Source: Entomortierella parvispora E1425
Lineage: Eukaryota; Fungi; Mortierellomycota
Assembly (NCBI GenBank): GCA_020891255.1
Contig: BQFW01000002.1
Location: 992,001 to 1,056,000 of the forward strand
Length of the DNA stretch: 64,000 bases
Direction of reading: 5' to 3'
Shown: in pieces, positions 50,542 through 63,352 of the stretch
Layout: each line of letters begins with the position of its first letter
How positions within the stretch are numbered: the stretch's first letter is position 1
The notes under the pieces: model-generated
Database searches by the model: none
What the model saw: only the letters and a program-made list of their open reading frames with translations
Told to the model about the DNA's origin: nothing
Translations under genes and position numbers: made by a program

Positions 50542-53500
50542 TCACAGGGTAGCCTCCTCACGCTGTCGTCTTTGTTGTTGAAGACAGTCTTGGATGGGAT
50601 CAAAACGATATGTGGTGGGGGTCGCTGGGGTCGATTGAGGGGAAGGAGGGGTCATGGTCATTTCAGTGTCATCGTCCCCAGAAGTCGTCATGATCGATTC
50701 CATCGGTCGACTGGAGGGGACCGTAGAAGTTGATGATCCAACAAGCATGGGAGATGTTAACCTATCCATGGAGTGGCTCGTGTGCAAGGTTTTGTGGGAT
50801 CCAGTAGACTGTGCGCCACCATGGCCATTGCTGGCGCCATGCTGGAATGGCTGATGCAAGTGCCGGGAAGATGAAACCGTTGAAGCGGAAAGAGATCGAT
50901 GTGGAGAAGAACCAGGGTTGTTCATCCACATCAACGATCGATCGCCGTGAGAAGACTGCAAGTCACCATGACCGGAATGGCGGTATGAGGGCGCGTGCTG
51001 TGGATATGAATAGGCATGGGGATGCAATTCCGTAGCAGCCGCTGACGATGGAGACGTCGATGAGGGTGAGGACAACAAAGACGACACCGAGAACGCAGCA
51101 CCATTGCCGCCACCATTCCTGGAAGAGGATGGAGAGGAAGGAGTCGCGGTGGCTAAGTATCTTGGTGCAGAACTTTCACGACTGTGCTCGTGAGAGGAAG
51201 ACGACGACGCATGATAGTGCGCGGCCGCTGCAGCTGCGTGTTGCTGTTGCCTCTGCTGTTGCTTTTGAGCCAAACGCTGCTGATATTGCTGTTGGTATTG
51301 CTGTTGATACTGCTGTTGTTGCTGGTAGTAAAACAATTGTTGCTCTCGAGACGAAGACGGTGATGCTGTCGTTGAAGAGGCTGCCGTAGTTGTTGTATTG
51401 GTCGAGCTCGCAGAGTTGGAGGAGGGCGCTGCCTGTGCCATTGCTGGGTGGGCCTCCCTGTGGTCGTCCGTTCGACGATGGGCCCGAGGCGAGGTAGGTG
51501 AGCCAGGCGCAGACCAAGAGGAGGGGGCCTGTTGTTGACTATCATCCTGTTCACGCCTGGGCTCGTGATCCTGGGTATCTTCCTCTTCCTCTTCCTCCTC
51601 TCCTTCATCATCATCATCATGATCCTCATCGCCGTCCTCGCGGCGACTGGACTTGGGGAAAGCAGACAGAGAGGTCGAGGATGCACTGGGATCTTGAGGC
51701 GGGGACATATCCCCGTGTGGAGTACCCGTGCCAGAGCCACTACCTCCGATCTGCTGAGCAGAGGTTTGTGGGCTTCCCTCAGTCTCCCCTCCATTGCCAT
51801 CCATGTCCTCGTCCTCGTCTCCATCTGCACGCTTGCCATTTGCACCACGACGGGACTTTGGTGAGATATGAGTCCGATAATGTTGCATCATATTGTCCTG
51901 TCGCGAGAACTTGCTTCGACAACCGGGCTTCAGGCATGCAAAGTTACGTTCGCCAGTGTGGATCCTGTTATGACGCGCTAGATGGCCACTATTTTTTTTT
52001 TGTTTGTTTGTTTCGGATGAGAAAAGAGAGTACATGACCATGTGAGTGCATTGTCCTGAACACAAAGGAAAAAAATCCACGGGGACGCTGTGTGTCATCT
52101 TTTTTGCCTTTTTTTTTTTTACCTTGTCGTGAATCGTTTGTTGCATCCAGGGTGAGTACAAGAGTACTTTCGCTTGGAAAGGCCCGCCCCCATTAGCATC
52201 ATGCCGTCTGGCATCATCCCGGGATGGTGTGCAACCATTCCGCCGGGTCCTGCTGACATGCCGCCACTGCCGCGATAAGGGTCCTGGTCTTCTAGTCCAA
52301 TATCTTCAGAGCTGGCTCTCATAAAATATGGCACAGGTGTAGGGTATTGACTGGATCCAGAGGGTGTACGACTTGGTCCTTGGTATTGAGGAAGAGGAGG
52401 GTGCTGAGAATAGTGGCCGTGGTAATGATGGCTATGATGCCCATAGCCGTGTCCGTGTCCATGCCCATCTCCATATCCATAGGCGTAGAGCTGCGCTCCG
52501 CTGCTTAGACTGCGACTCCTTTGCGAATTGGCAACAGAGCGGGGGTCAATAGTCGCACCACCAGCCCCTGCCCCTCCTTGGGTATCAAACACTGGCCGAA
52601 TAGGTGTGGCTGCATTCGTAAGCGAGACTGACCGTCCGGTGGCTTCGTAACTCTCCGATCGATGTCTGTGAGACTTGTACATGGGCGACGACGGCGAATA
52701 GTACGGTGGATCTCGACGATGATGGTGATGATGATGATGATGGTCTTCTGAGAAGTAATCTCGGTAATGACCACTAAGTCGATCCCCGCGTCCGTGGGGA
52801 GATCTCGGGGATCTGGGAGACCTCATCGGTGGCAGTCCACTCCGATCTGTTGCGTAAGCTGCTGAATTGGACGACATCACAGGGATCGCAGGCATGGGAG
52901 GTGTTGGTGGTGGAGGTGGTAAGGAAAGGGGGATCGCTGGGAGGGCTAAAGGAGGTGCAAGGGGTCGCTGTTGTTGGGATTCTTGTTGTCGGTATTCCTC
53001 CTGCCGCTGTTGCTGCTGCTGTTGTTGTTGATGATGATGATGATCTTGATCTGAGTGACGGTGAAGATACTCGTTCCTGATCGATGCCCGTTCGGGATCA
53101 AGAGGAGCCAATTCGTTCAAGATGCTGACCTTTGTTCCTGAAGAGTTGGTGATTGACAATCCAGCGAGCCGCCTGGATTGCTGGTGAAGGGCTGAATCAG
53201 TGGCGGTCATAGCAGAGTGGATTGACTCGGGGCCAGAACTGACACTAGTATTTGTCATATGGGACGCCGCGGTTCTCCTCCGGGGAGAGATCGGTTCCTG
53301 GTGGTGATGAAAAAAGGGCTGTGAGGATAGTGTAGGAGATGAGGCCGAAGAAGGAACAAGTGCGGGAGGCGTGCGAGGTCGAGAATGAGGAGGTCGTGCA
53401 GAAATGGGCTTGAGTGAGAGATTCAGGTCTAGACTGGGAGGGGGCTCCTTCTTGAGAATAGATCGACGATGGGTCGTTGGAGATGCAGGCGTGATTGGTG

Positions 53501-53642
53501 AGGCTGGAGAAGGCTGAGCGTTGGTGGTACTGCTGTTATACTGATGGGGTACTGGAGAGGGGGGTTGGTCGGAGGCGCTCAATGTATTGTAGTGGGAGTG
53601 ATCGAACCGAGGTGGATACCTTGAGGCAGCAGTGATGGACAT
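50542..53642 (-). CDS. NRG1: Nrg1-like C2H2 zinc-finger transcriptional repressor; intron 52122-51989
   Basis: Spliced KYSCTHPGCNKRFTT|SGHLARHNRIHTGERNFACLKPGCRSKFSRQDNMMQHYRTH closely matches the Nrg1/Nrg2 double finger (FTTSGHLARHNRIHTGE...FSR.DN..QHYRTH). Confidence 0.85.
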
Positions 53643-53770
53643 GGCTCGGAAAAGAGAAGAAAGAAAAAGAGGAGGAAAAGAAGAGAGGGGGAAGAAAAGT
53701 GGGAATGGTGGGTAATAGGTGTCGGTATTTAAGCAATGCAGTGGGATGTTCCGACCGTCAGAGCGAGCCT

Positions 53771-53806
53771 GGTGGTGGTGGTGGTGGTGGTGGTGGTGGT
53801 GGTGGT
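53771..53806. repeat. (GGT)12 microsatellite upstream of the NRG1-like ATG
   Basis: Read directly. Confidence 0.9.
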
Positions 53807-56800
53807 GGAGGAGTGGTTTGTTAGTGAGGTGGGAGCATCGAGGGGGAGAGGACGAGGGCACGACGCGCGTGTGCTCATTCAATGGGATGCAGAGGGATGT
53901 TTGTTAATTAAAAATAACAATGAACCACAGGGCAAGAAAAAAAAGATTCAGGGCCAAGACGCCAGCGAGGTCTTTGGCTGGTACGAGAACGTGTTGATGA
54001 AGGGTTTGTTGACTGTTTGTGTCTCTCTGTGTGTGTCTGCGAGGGTGTGGTGCCTTGAGAGCACTCTTCGCTGCTTCTGGACAAGGATAAGGGAGGCCAC
54101 GAAGGACAGCCAGTAAAGGAGATATGAACGAAAAAGCTTTTGCTTAAATTAAAACAAAAAAATCCGGGGGTGTTGCGACCATTGACCCTTAGTGGCGACT
54201 GAAATGATGAAAACTCGATGACAAAAGGGGTGGTAGCACGATGCAAGGAGAAAGGTCGACAAGGCAGGACGCTAGGAGGGGGCGCAAAGGAGAGGAAAAA
54301 GGTGATGGGGAAGGGGTGGTACTGTGAGATCAGGACGACCAAGGATTTCAAGAAGAAACCCAATATGAATAGAAGGACCGATGAAGAATGACGCGCCTCG
54401 AACCTCAGGATGGTACGATAGGATCGGGGGAGGGGGGGGGGATGGCGCCGTTAAGAAGGAGATCAGAGGCAGCCAAAAGTTGATTCCAGGTAGGCAGGTA
54501 GTAGGCACCAGTAGCTTTTGTTGCGAAAATCAGATCCGTCCTCTTCTTACGGTACGATAAAGGATGGGTTGACAACAAGGGCGTGTCAATACGTGTTAAT
54601 CCGGATGAATGGTCCTCGGTGGAGATCGCTCGTAATTGCAGAACGTTTCGATTCTGTTGAGCTCTGTCTGGTGTAATGAGTCTGTGCGGACTACGTTTCT
54701 GCAGTAACCTAGAAAGGCATGAGTGAAATAGATCACAGTTAGGAATGAGCTGCATGCAGAAATTGCAAAGGCTTGATCCTGGGCGCGTTGCGTGCGTCTT
54801 CTTTAGGAGTCCGAGATGATCAGGAACCAAGGCAATCCTTCATTTTTTTTTTGATAAAGCACCCCCCAAGTACGGTCTTGACTCTTTCCCCCCAATTCAC
54901 AGATGATGATGACACGAATGGCGCACGAGGGCAGGGTGAAAAGGGAACCAAACCCAGGAGGACGCCAAACGTCCTGATGACCAGAATCTAAATGACTATT
55001 GATCCCTCCATCCACCCCTCGCCCCTCGCATGCGCTCTCCTTCCAACGCGTGGTGACAATGTGCTCTGCACCCTGATTGCAGCTCAAGGCCACTGTCTTC
55101 TCCCTGCTCAAGGACAGAATGTCATGGTGGGATTCCAAAAATACAAAATAACGGTTGCATCACTTGTTGTCACGACCAACATAAACAAAGACGCAGAAAG
55201 AAAGGGACAGGAGCAAAGGGAATGTCGAGGTCCCTCGAAGAGTTTTCCATCGTTGGGAGATCTTTTCAGCACGAAAAAAACGTGGTTTATCAAGGAGAAG
55301 GGCGTCCCTTGCGGTCACGGAGAGAACAGCATTTTTTCCTTGGGCAAAAAGGAAAAATACCAACACCAGCAGCATCCCTTTCAAAGATGAGATTGCGCTA
55401 AATAGAAAAAGGAACCCGAAGACTAAAAGGGGGAGTCGCTGCAGAAAGGTGGGGAACGCAAAGCCAACAGAGAGCCACTGCTCAGGTGTTCAGGACACAC
55501 TGGAAGATGCCACATCCAAGCACAATCGCAATGCCTCAATGCCACCGAGTGCGCTCTCGGTTGAACCGCCCAAACACAGTTCTCAATTCAAAACACAAAT
55601 TGTGGAAGAACACCCCAGAACTCAAGAATTGGGGGAGGGGGAGAGGCGGGCGCGGGGAGACAAAGAAAACTGATAGGGTCATTTGTTTGTGAGCCATTCA
55701 GCCATTGACGATGCAGTGCAACAGAAGGAGAGTAAAGAAAAGAAAAAGTGAGCAGTAGGAGGCAAAAGGACGCGGAGAAATGATGTGTTTCTTCAAATAA
55801 GTGGGGGACTGGCATGAGCAGTGCAACAGACACAGAGAGAGACAAATGGGACACCCAAGCTCAAACAAATCAACTCTCTCAGAGAGTGCGAACAAAAAGT
55901 ACCGGAGAGGATGCCGTGAGAGCCTCCCGGTGAGGATGAGGTGGAGGGACACTGGGGGGACATGGGTACAAAGAGACCACGGGGTCAGCCAGGCGACAAT
56001 AACAAAGAATGTCAATTGAAAAGGCGAGGGAAGCTGTTGACTCTGTTGCCACGCGCTTCATCTGTGGAACGCAAAAACATCCAACGGACAAATGTGCACA
56101 GAGGACAAAAAAGAAACACTGATGGGAGAGACAAACGCAGGGACAGACGCAAGGGACAAAACGAGGGGGACCAAGGGGAGGACAAAGGGGGCACTGCTCC
56201 TAGAGCTAGGGCTTCAAGGAAACAACAATGTGGTGTGGTGCGGACTAGACGTGAAGTATGGTGCCATGGTCCACACTTGACGGCGAGCGTGTGTTTGTGC
56301 GCGTGTTGCATGAAATAACATCATGCGCAACCCTTGACAATGGCACAGACCTGCCGCGTCCGTATTGCCAGCAAAAGCAGGGCGCCTCTCCCTCTCTTTT
56401 TTTTTTTTTTTGCTTGCACTCTGGAACAAAAAAAAAAAAAAAGGAAGCGAATCGCTCCTTCGATTGAGTGATTGTGCGAGAGAGGCCAAGCGAAAGCGAG
56501 AGATGGATAAAGAAAGAAGAGAAGGAGAGGGACAGGAACAAACATAGTGACGGAGTGGGCTGAATGGATGGCTGGAATTGAAATCACGTTGCGCGCCTTT
56601 GATGTCCGAGGAAGGCTGAAAACAGGCGTTCCCTTTTCCCTCTCTCTTTCTGTCTTCCAGAGTCATTTGAACCCAATGGCTGAAAAAAAAAAAAAAAAAA
56701 AAAAAAGGAACCCAACTGAGATGGAAAGAAGAGACGCCAGATTCCGAGTATCGAGGGCTTGCTCGGTGCAAAGAGAGAAACAAAGAGTGCTCACAACCCA

Positions 56801-59800
56801 AACTGAACTGAATAATCATTTTTGGCTGAAGGACCGATTCCTGTTCACTGGCCCTGAATCGAACAGGGGTCCTGTTTCCTGACTGTCGAGCGGGTTGACA
56901 AGAGAGCGGAACTGAGGGGTTCTGAGAGAATCACTTACCAGTTGTCCCAGTTACAAGATTAAGGTAGAGGGAAGTTCTATTCCACTGGACCAAGGACAAC
57001 AGTGGTGGAATGCGTAGTGTGGTTCTGCGGGAGAGGGAGAGCGAACAAGAGAGCGATGGCTGACGGAGAATATCACCGACAGGTGAGTTGCAAGAGGGGG
57101 GAGCTGGAGGGAAGATTGACAATGGAGGGGGGAGGAAGAGAAAACGGAGACAAGCTGAGAGTAACACGGTGATTTTGTTTGTTGGTCGTGTTCAGTTGAA
57201 GCTGCTACTGGCAAGGTTTGTTGATGTTGGCAAACAGTGGATGCTGCAGACGCTGTCAGATGGTAGATGGTCGATATGAAATGATACGATATGAATGAGG
57301 GTGGCGATTGCAAAGAGGACAAAGAGGATAACGAAGAGGAAGAGAGAAGGAAAATTTAAAATTTGCGCACCACCAGCGTGGAGATGGAAGGTACAAATGA
57401 TGAGCAGGCGGAGGGCGAGGGGGACCGAAGACGGGAAGGAGTTGAGCGAGGGAACTGGATATGAACAGATGCGCAGAGACAGAGACGTTGTGGAAAGTAC
57501 AGTACAGTGCAAAGCGGAGAAGGGAAAGAGGGTCCGTCTGCAGTGGGGCATGCCGCGTCCTTTTATATGTTCCTTGGATGGGTGTCTGTGGTGTCTGTGT
57601 GCTCAGCGTCAGAGCACCGCGGACCGAACGGTGCCTTGTTCTCTTTCTCTCTTTCTCTCTTTCTCTCTTTCTCTCTTTCTCTCTCTTTCTCGTCTTGTTC
57701 TCGAGGCTCTTCTCTCGTCCTCTTCTTCGTCTTCCTTCAGCTCCGAGGGGATCCATCCTCCTCTCGCTCATCCTATCGATCGTCTACTTTCTTTGTCTCA
57801 CCCATCCTCCCTGCCCACAAACTCCCCCAGGGACAAGACCGAGGGAAAAGGTTCAAGTTGGAGCTACTGAATAAGGTAGGTACACCATCATCATTGTTTT
57901 GGTTCTTGCCCTGTTCGCTCGGTCTGCCTGTACCCTGTAACAAACCACTCAGCTCAGCTCATTATTGAAACTGTTCCCTGCAGATGTCTATTCAATTCAT
58001 TCTTTACATCCTTGCTCCACATGGCAGTGAGCACCCAACGTTGCTTTCTTTTGGTTTTCCTTTATTTTGGTTTTTCCTTTCCTTGTGCTTTGTTTGTCTT
58101 CGCCTGTTTTTTTTTGATGGTCCGTCAGTGCTCCCCTCCCGCCCGTCTGTGTGCGCTGGTCAAAACGCCAGATTCACATCCAGCTCGACAATTTTATTTT
58201 ACTTTTTCATTACTCTGCTCTCATCTGCCCTCCTCTCCCTTTACACTCGTCCTTTTGACCTTTTTTTTTAGACTTCAATCCTTTCATTGGAGCCAAGCTG
58301 GTACTCTTTACAGATCGATCTGTGTCGCCTCGATGACCCTGGCGGACAGGGATGCGATGGGCTGTACTAATCTCAGGAAACGACAGTCAACTCAGACGAC
58401 GTCTTCGTATTGCACTTGTACATGTCATTGGCAACAGCAAAGAACAACACAATCGATACCGTCTGGTCGGATTTTCCTTTGGGCCAACGGAATAGACTGC
58501 GGGGGCTGAAGAGAAGGAAGGTTGGAGAGAAGGATCAGGAAGAGTGCAAGAGCCCCGAGAGAAACATGGGCTAAAAGGAGACAAGGAATGCATGACGAGT
58601 ATAGACATACACTAGCAGACAGGCGATTTCTTCTGCGACGGGCAGTCTGGCTGGTTCCAAATGAAAGCATCCGATGATAGGCACGTTCCTCTTCAAACGG
58701 GCGTCTGAATCGGATTGGGGAGGGGGACCGGTGAGCCCATGCAGGTCAAGGGTATCCTCATACGAGCAGCTCTGCAGGGGATCGCCACAAGAGTGTATTT
58801 CTCTGGAAGAACAGAGCAGTGGAGCAACGGCGCTGTATAACCGGTTATTTGACAGTAGAGACCGTTAGCCCGCTTGACTCGGCTCCATCCGCTGTTTCAC
58901 GGACGTTGGGACCGTGTGAACTTGACGATCATTGGCCAAGAAGTAACGCGTCGCCTAAAAGTCAGGGTCGGGGTCGGAGGCACAAAAAAAAGAAGGGGCA
59001 ACGTACCTTGGAGCGAAAGTGAGTGTTTCCTACATGGTTCATGGACCAGAGCAAAGTCTCAATGGAATGGATGGAAAATACAACGCGTGTACACCCTAGG
59101 GATATACATGCAAAGAGAAGAGGGTATGCATGGAGCCACAGAGACACAAAGATACAAAATAAAGAGAAAAAATGGAGCAGTTGGAGTACATAGTGCCCGT
59201 CTCCAGTCAGGGTGCAGTGCCTGAACCCTTCAAGGGTCCTGCTAGGCAAAGATGACAAGAGAACGTCTGTCATTTGCACGGACCCTTATAGCACTGATGC
59301 TTTGGAATTGCACTGACAAAAGAAAGTTGACAGTTGGAAAGGCAGGACGAACCATTGACCTTCTTCCTCGAGCAGAACAGTACATTGTAATGTACATGAA
59401 TATGCACCACCAACAGAGACACAGTTGTACATGTTTTCTTTTTTGTTGTTTTGACCCGGTCGATGCAAAACAAAGTGGAGACCAAAAAAAAAAAAAGGAA
59501 AAAGAAAACTAACAAAAGAATGCTCTCCAGGGATGGACCTGGCACTTCCAAACTGGACAATCACGCACCTTTTGGGAATTTACAGCGCAGGAAGTACCTT
59601 TCAACAGTTCAATGCATCATACTGGCAGTTCTTTTTTTTTTCTTTTTTCCTTTTTTTTTTTTTTTTAACGCAACGGCAATTGGGAAAGGGTGCAGGTCCA
59701 TTATGGACCCCATCGAGTACGCCCGGCATCTGCTGGGAGTGGATCGAGTGATTTTCCCAGAATGTGCTGCTCACAAACCCAACCCGACTCTATTCTTCTG

Positions 59801-60562
59801 TTGGCTGCACCTGCAGGCAATAACGATGCACCCACTTGCACGGGCTCAAGCGATGGAGGCTTGTCCGTTGCATTTGTGTAAACTTTTTGATTTTCCAAAG
59901 GGCATTCACAAGGCACCAAATGGACTTTGGATAAGCGCAGATCAGGCATCAGAAAGCACCAGCGAATGGTTGTTGCTGCAGGAAATATAAGAAAGAACGA
60001 TCCTCCCTCTCTCCAGATGACCAAACCTAGGGATTTTTTTTCCCCGGCAAGGACTGATGAGAACTCTTTTCCCTGTTGTCGCATGCTCGCGAAGCGCCGC
60101 ACATCCTTGTGGCGCAGGACATTGTTGCGTCCACGTTTTCAGGTTTTGGCTTTTCTTTCCACTGCACGCGTTGAGAAGAACAAAGGCCCAGTTAAGAAGT
60201 GACCATCGACCAAACAGAGACCACCAGGGAAGGCGTGGCACGCCCGCGGACAAACAGGTCAACTAACCACTGTCGGATTGAAAGCAACGTGCTTGTGTGC
60301 CCCCTACCAACAAGAAGAACAAACAACAATAGCAATAGCAACAACAACCCTACCAGAGAGCAAAATGACAGCCGCAGTGAGCAACAGGCATGCCATGACT
60401 GAATTACAATCTTGGCCAAACATTCACCCCAACCAACAACAAAAAAAAATGTTGGCAACCGGGCGCCCGCAATAGGATCTCAACATATCAAAAGGTTAAA
60501 AAAAATAAACAAACACCAGTAATGAATTAGAGAGCGCTTCCTTCTCCTTCTCCTCCTCCTTT

Positions 60563-60661
60563 TCCTCCTCCTCCTCCTCCTCCTCCTCCTCCTCCTCCTC
60601 CTCCTCCTCCTCCTCCTCCTCCTCCTCCTCCTCCTCCTCCTCCTCCTCCTCCTCCTCCTCC
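60563..60661. repeat. Perfect (TCC)33 microsatellite
   Basis: Read directly; produces spurious poly-Glu/poly-Arg ORFs. Confidence 0.95.
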
Positions 60662-61719
60662 TTACAATGCCAAATCGGTGAAAGAACAGCACCTTGCAGG
60701 CCCGGACAACGAAACAAGAAGGAATATGAAAGGGCAAGCCGGTCATAGGCACGCGTGTGCTACCTCGGCCTATATCGCTCACCAGTCTAAACGTCTTTAT
60801 ATTTTTTCTTACATGCGGGGGATGAGCAGATTGAGTATCCGGGTAGGATACCCTCTTGCCACTGATAATAATCTACCCCAAAGATCTGAGCGCGATTGTA
60901 GGAGACAAGAAAAGATGGATATCTCTATCGCAATCTTTCAGAAAAACAATGATTCTCGAGAGAACGAGCGATCGCCCATGGTATGGCGTGCTTGACGCGA
61001 TGAAAGATTGCACTCTTTGTCCCTTGATGCAATATGTTAGAAGTCAAGGAACGCGTTTTTTTTTTGGCAAGAGGCGAAGATACTCTTCTCCTTCATTTCA
61101 CAACTGGTGTGGTGATTTGCGTGCTTGGTGCCTTTGTTGGTACTGTACACAACTCCGGCCCTATCATCACTTTTATACCGCGGCAATACAACATCAACAA
61201 ACAATTCTCCTGGCAGTTAAGGAGTTGCGTCAACGGATCGGCGGTTGGAAATGGCCCACTCTTTGTTTTTATTCGCTGTTATTTGCAATGAGATCTGCCG
61301 ACCACAACAGACCAGGACATTATATTCTCCCGCATTGTCAAGGTCAAGGGCCTTGGCGATTGTCCATCGGGGAGCGAAATGGTCAGGGTCATTTCAGGTC
61401 CAGGGCGAGGATAGGATTCAGGGTCTGGGTTGATGTTACTCTTACGAAAGAGAAAAAAACCCGTGTTCGCTCCTTTTATCACGTCAAATCAAACCAATAT
61501 TTTCTTGCCCTCACCATCCGCCCTCCACACTACACAATCGATCGCTAGGAGGCGAGTTCATCCGACGAGAACATTTCTTAGTTTTCTTTTCTCTGCTGAA
61601 ATGGCCTGTGTTATTTTCAATGTGCTCAGCGTTTGTGTTTTGAACCTCGCCCAGCTGCTCCAGAATAATGGAAAAGAGGGGTCCAGTCCAGTCACCATCT
61701 TTTAGCCCCATTATTCTAT

Positions 61720-62308
61720 CCCCCAACGCAAAGCCCAAACTTGCAGCATTCAGTTCGAATCAACGCTGAGTAAGGAAACAAACCACTGCCTATTCGTCGC
61801 CTTATCGAGATCTGCGCAGAGAACGAAAGCACTTACAGATGATGCGCCAGCCATGGTCAGCGCCTATGACCACGCCTTGGAGTCTCAGTCAGGTCGGATG
61901 ATACCATGACGCTGGGCGTAAGGGACAGCCCGAACTACAGTCCTTTGAGTCAAACACTCACTGACATGACGATGACTTCTAAATAGCGCACAAAAGAGCC
62001 TCTCTCTTCGATAGATTCCCACGGGTGATCCCCTGATGGCGCCATTCCAGTAGTGCCCTGTGCTAATGCACAGAATTGGGGAAGGGTCCTTCACTTTTTT
62101 TGCTCCTGAACTGTGTGCAACTCTAAGTGGATGCAGGCTGGCTTTCAATGTTTTGGCGGACCCATTCACTCTCTGGTCGCGGTTGTGGTACATGTACCTA
62201 TCGTACATGCTCATATAGTACCTCCTCAGATATATAATCCCAACCGGACAAACCGGTACCGTTGAGACATCCAACAACGTACTGTAGTGATTCAACATGT
62301 CGGTTCAT
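61720..62308 (-). other. Possible small spliced gene divergent from FHIT (unresolved)
   Basis: ATG 62308, donor GTACGT 62282, acceptor near 62198, donor GTGAGT near 61952, a 27-nt exon flanked by CATAG and GTAAGT (about 61863-61837); no homology recognised. Confidence 0.25.
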
Positions 62309-62445
62309 ATCTGGACAAAGACCTCTGCACAACTGATACGCGGATTTTTTTGGTGGCGAAACGTGACTGCTGGATACATCGACCCTCCAGGGCATGTGCC
62401 AATGCATTCTTTGTTCATTCATACCTGACGACACAATCATTCGCC

Positions 62446-63352
62446 ATGCCGGCAAGCAGTTTTTACAAGTTTGGACCACACTCAATCTCTGCGGGACAGG
62501 TCTTCATGAAGACGACCCACTGCCTGGGACTCGTCAATCTCAAACCTATTCTTCCGTAAGAACACGAGATACGCAGATGCAGGGAGGCGGCGATGCTATG
62601 ATTTGACAAAAAGCTGACTCTTTTTCCTTTTGTTTTTTTTCTTTGTTCCAGCGGTCGTAAGGGATAAGAACCACACTGATAAGCATGTGCAGTTTTTTTT
62701 ATCGTTGGCAGAAAGCTAACGGACTCTACCTTGGATGTACTCCTGTATGTTAGACGTACTTGTAATCAGTCGACGTAATGTTCCACGATTTCTTGATCTG
62801 AGTCCTGAGGAGGTACATTTCTGCATTGTTTTATCATGCGTCCTCTCGGCATGTCGGACGGAAACACATTCGTTCTCAGCTGCAGCAACACTAACAATGC
62901 ACTCTCTATTCCACGCCTGCTGTTAGGTCACTGACATGTTTCAATCAGCGCAACGAGTTGGAAAGATCATTGAAAAGGAATACGGGGCAACGTCTTTAAC
63001 GATTGCGTGCCAGGATGGACCAGCAGGTAGTCGGCCCCCCTCGTTGTTCAACAACATTTTCAGCAAAAAAATTGAATTAACGCCCACGTTGCCCCGTTGC
63101 TTTGATGACTTAGCTGGACAAACTGTGCCTCATTGCCATGTCCATGTTATCCCTCGACGACTGGGCGATTTTGAAAACAATGACGATATTTATGACGAGA
63201 TTGCCCGTAGCACTGCCGAGCTCTTGACAAATGATGATGCCATAGCGGCTGCTGGTGCCGCCAAGCATGGCGTCGATTTTGAGGAACGGGCACCGCGGAC
63301 AGAGGAAGAAATGGCTAAAGAGGCAGCCCGACTTGAATCTCTCCTTGCTTGA
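62446..63352 (+). CDS. FHIT: Bis(5'-adenosyl)-triphosphatase FHIT/Hnt2 (HIT family); exons 62446-62555, 62652-62656, 62754-62812, 62927-63026, 63114-63352
   Basis: YKFGPH, LVNLKPILP|G|HVLVISRR, IACQDGPA|AGQTVPHCHVHVIPR, ENNDDIYDE, PRTEEEMAKEA. Confidence 0.93.

Noticed and set aside
53643-53882. N-terminal poly-His extension of the NRG1-like ORF
   Set aside because: Starts at TTG and has no ATG before 53642; the His run comes from the (ACC)12 repeat in the probable leader.
60480-60782. Poly-Arg and poly-Glu ORFs
   Set aside because: Produced by the (TCC)33 microsatellite.
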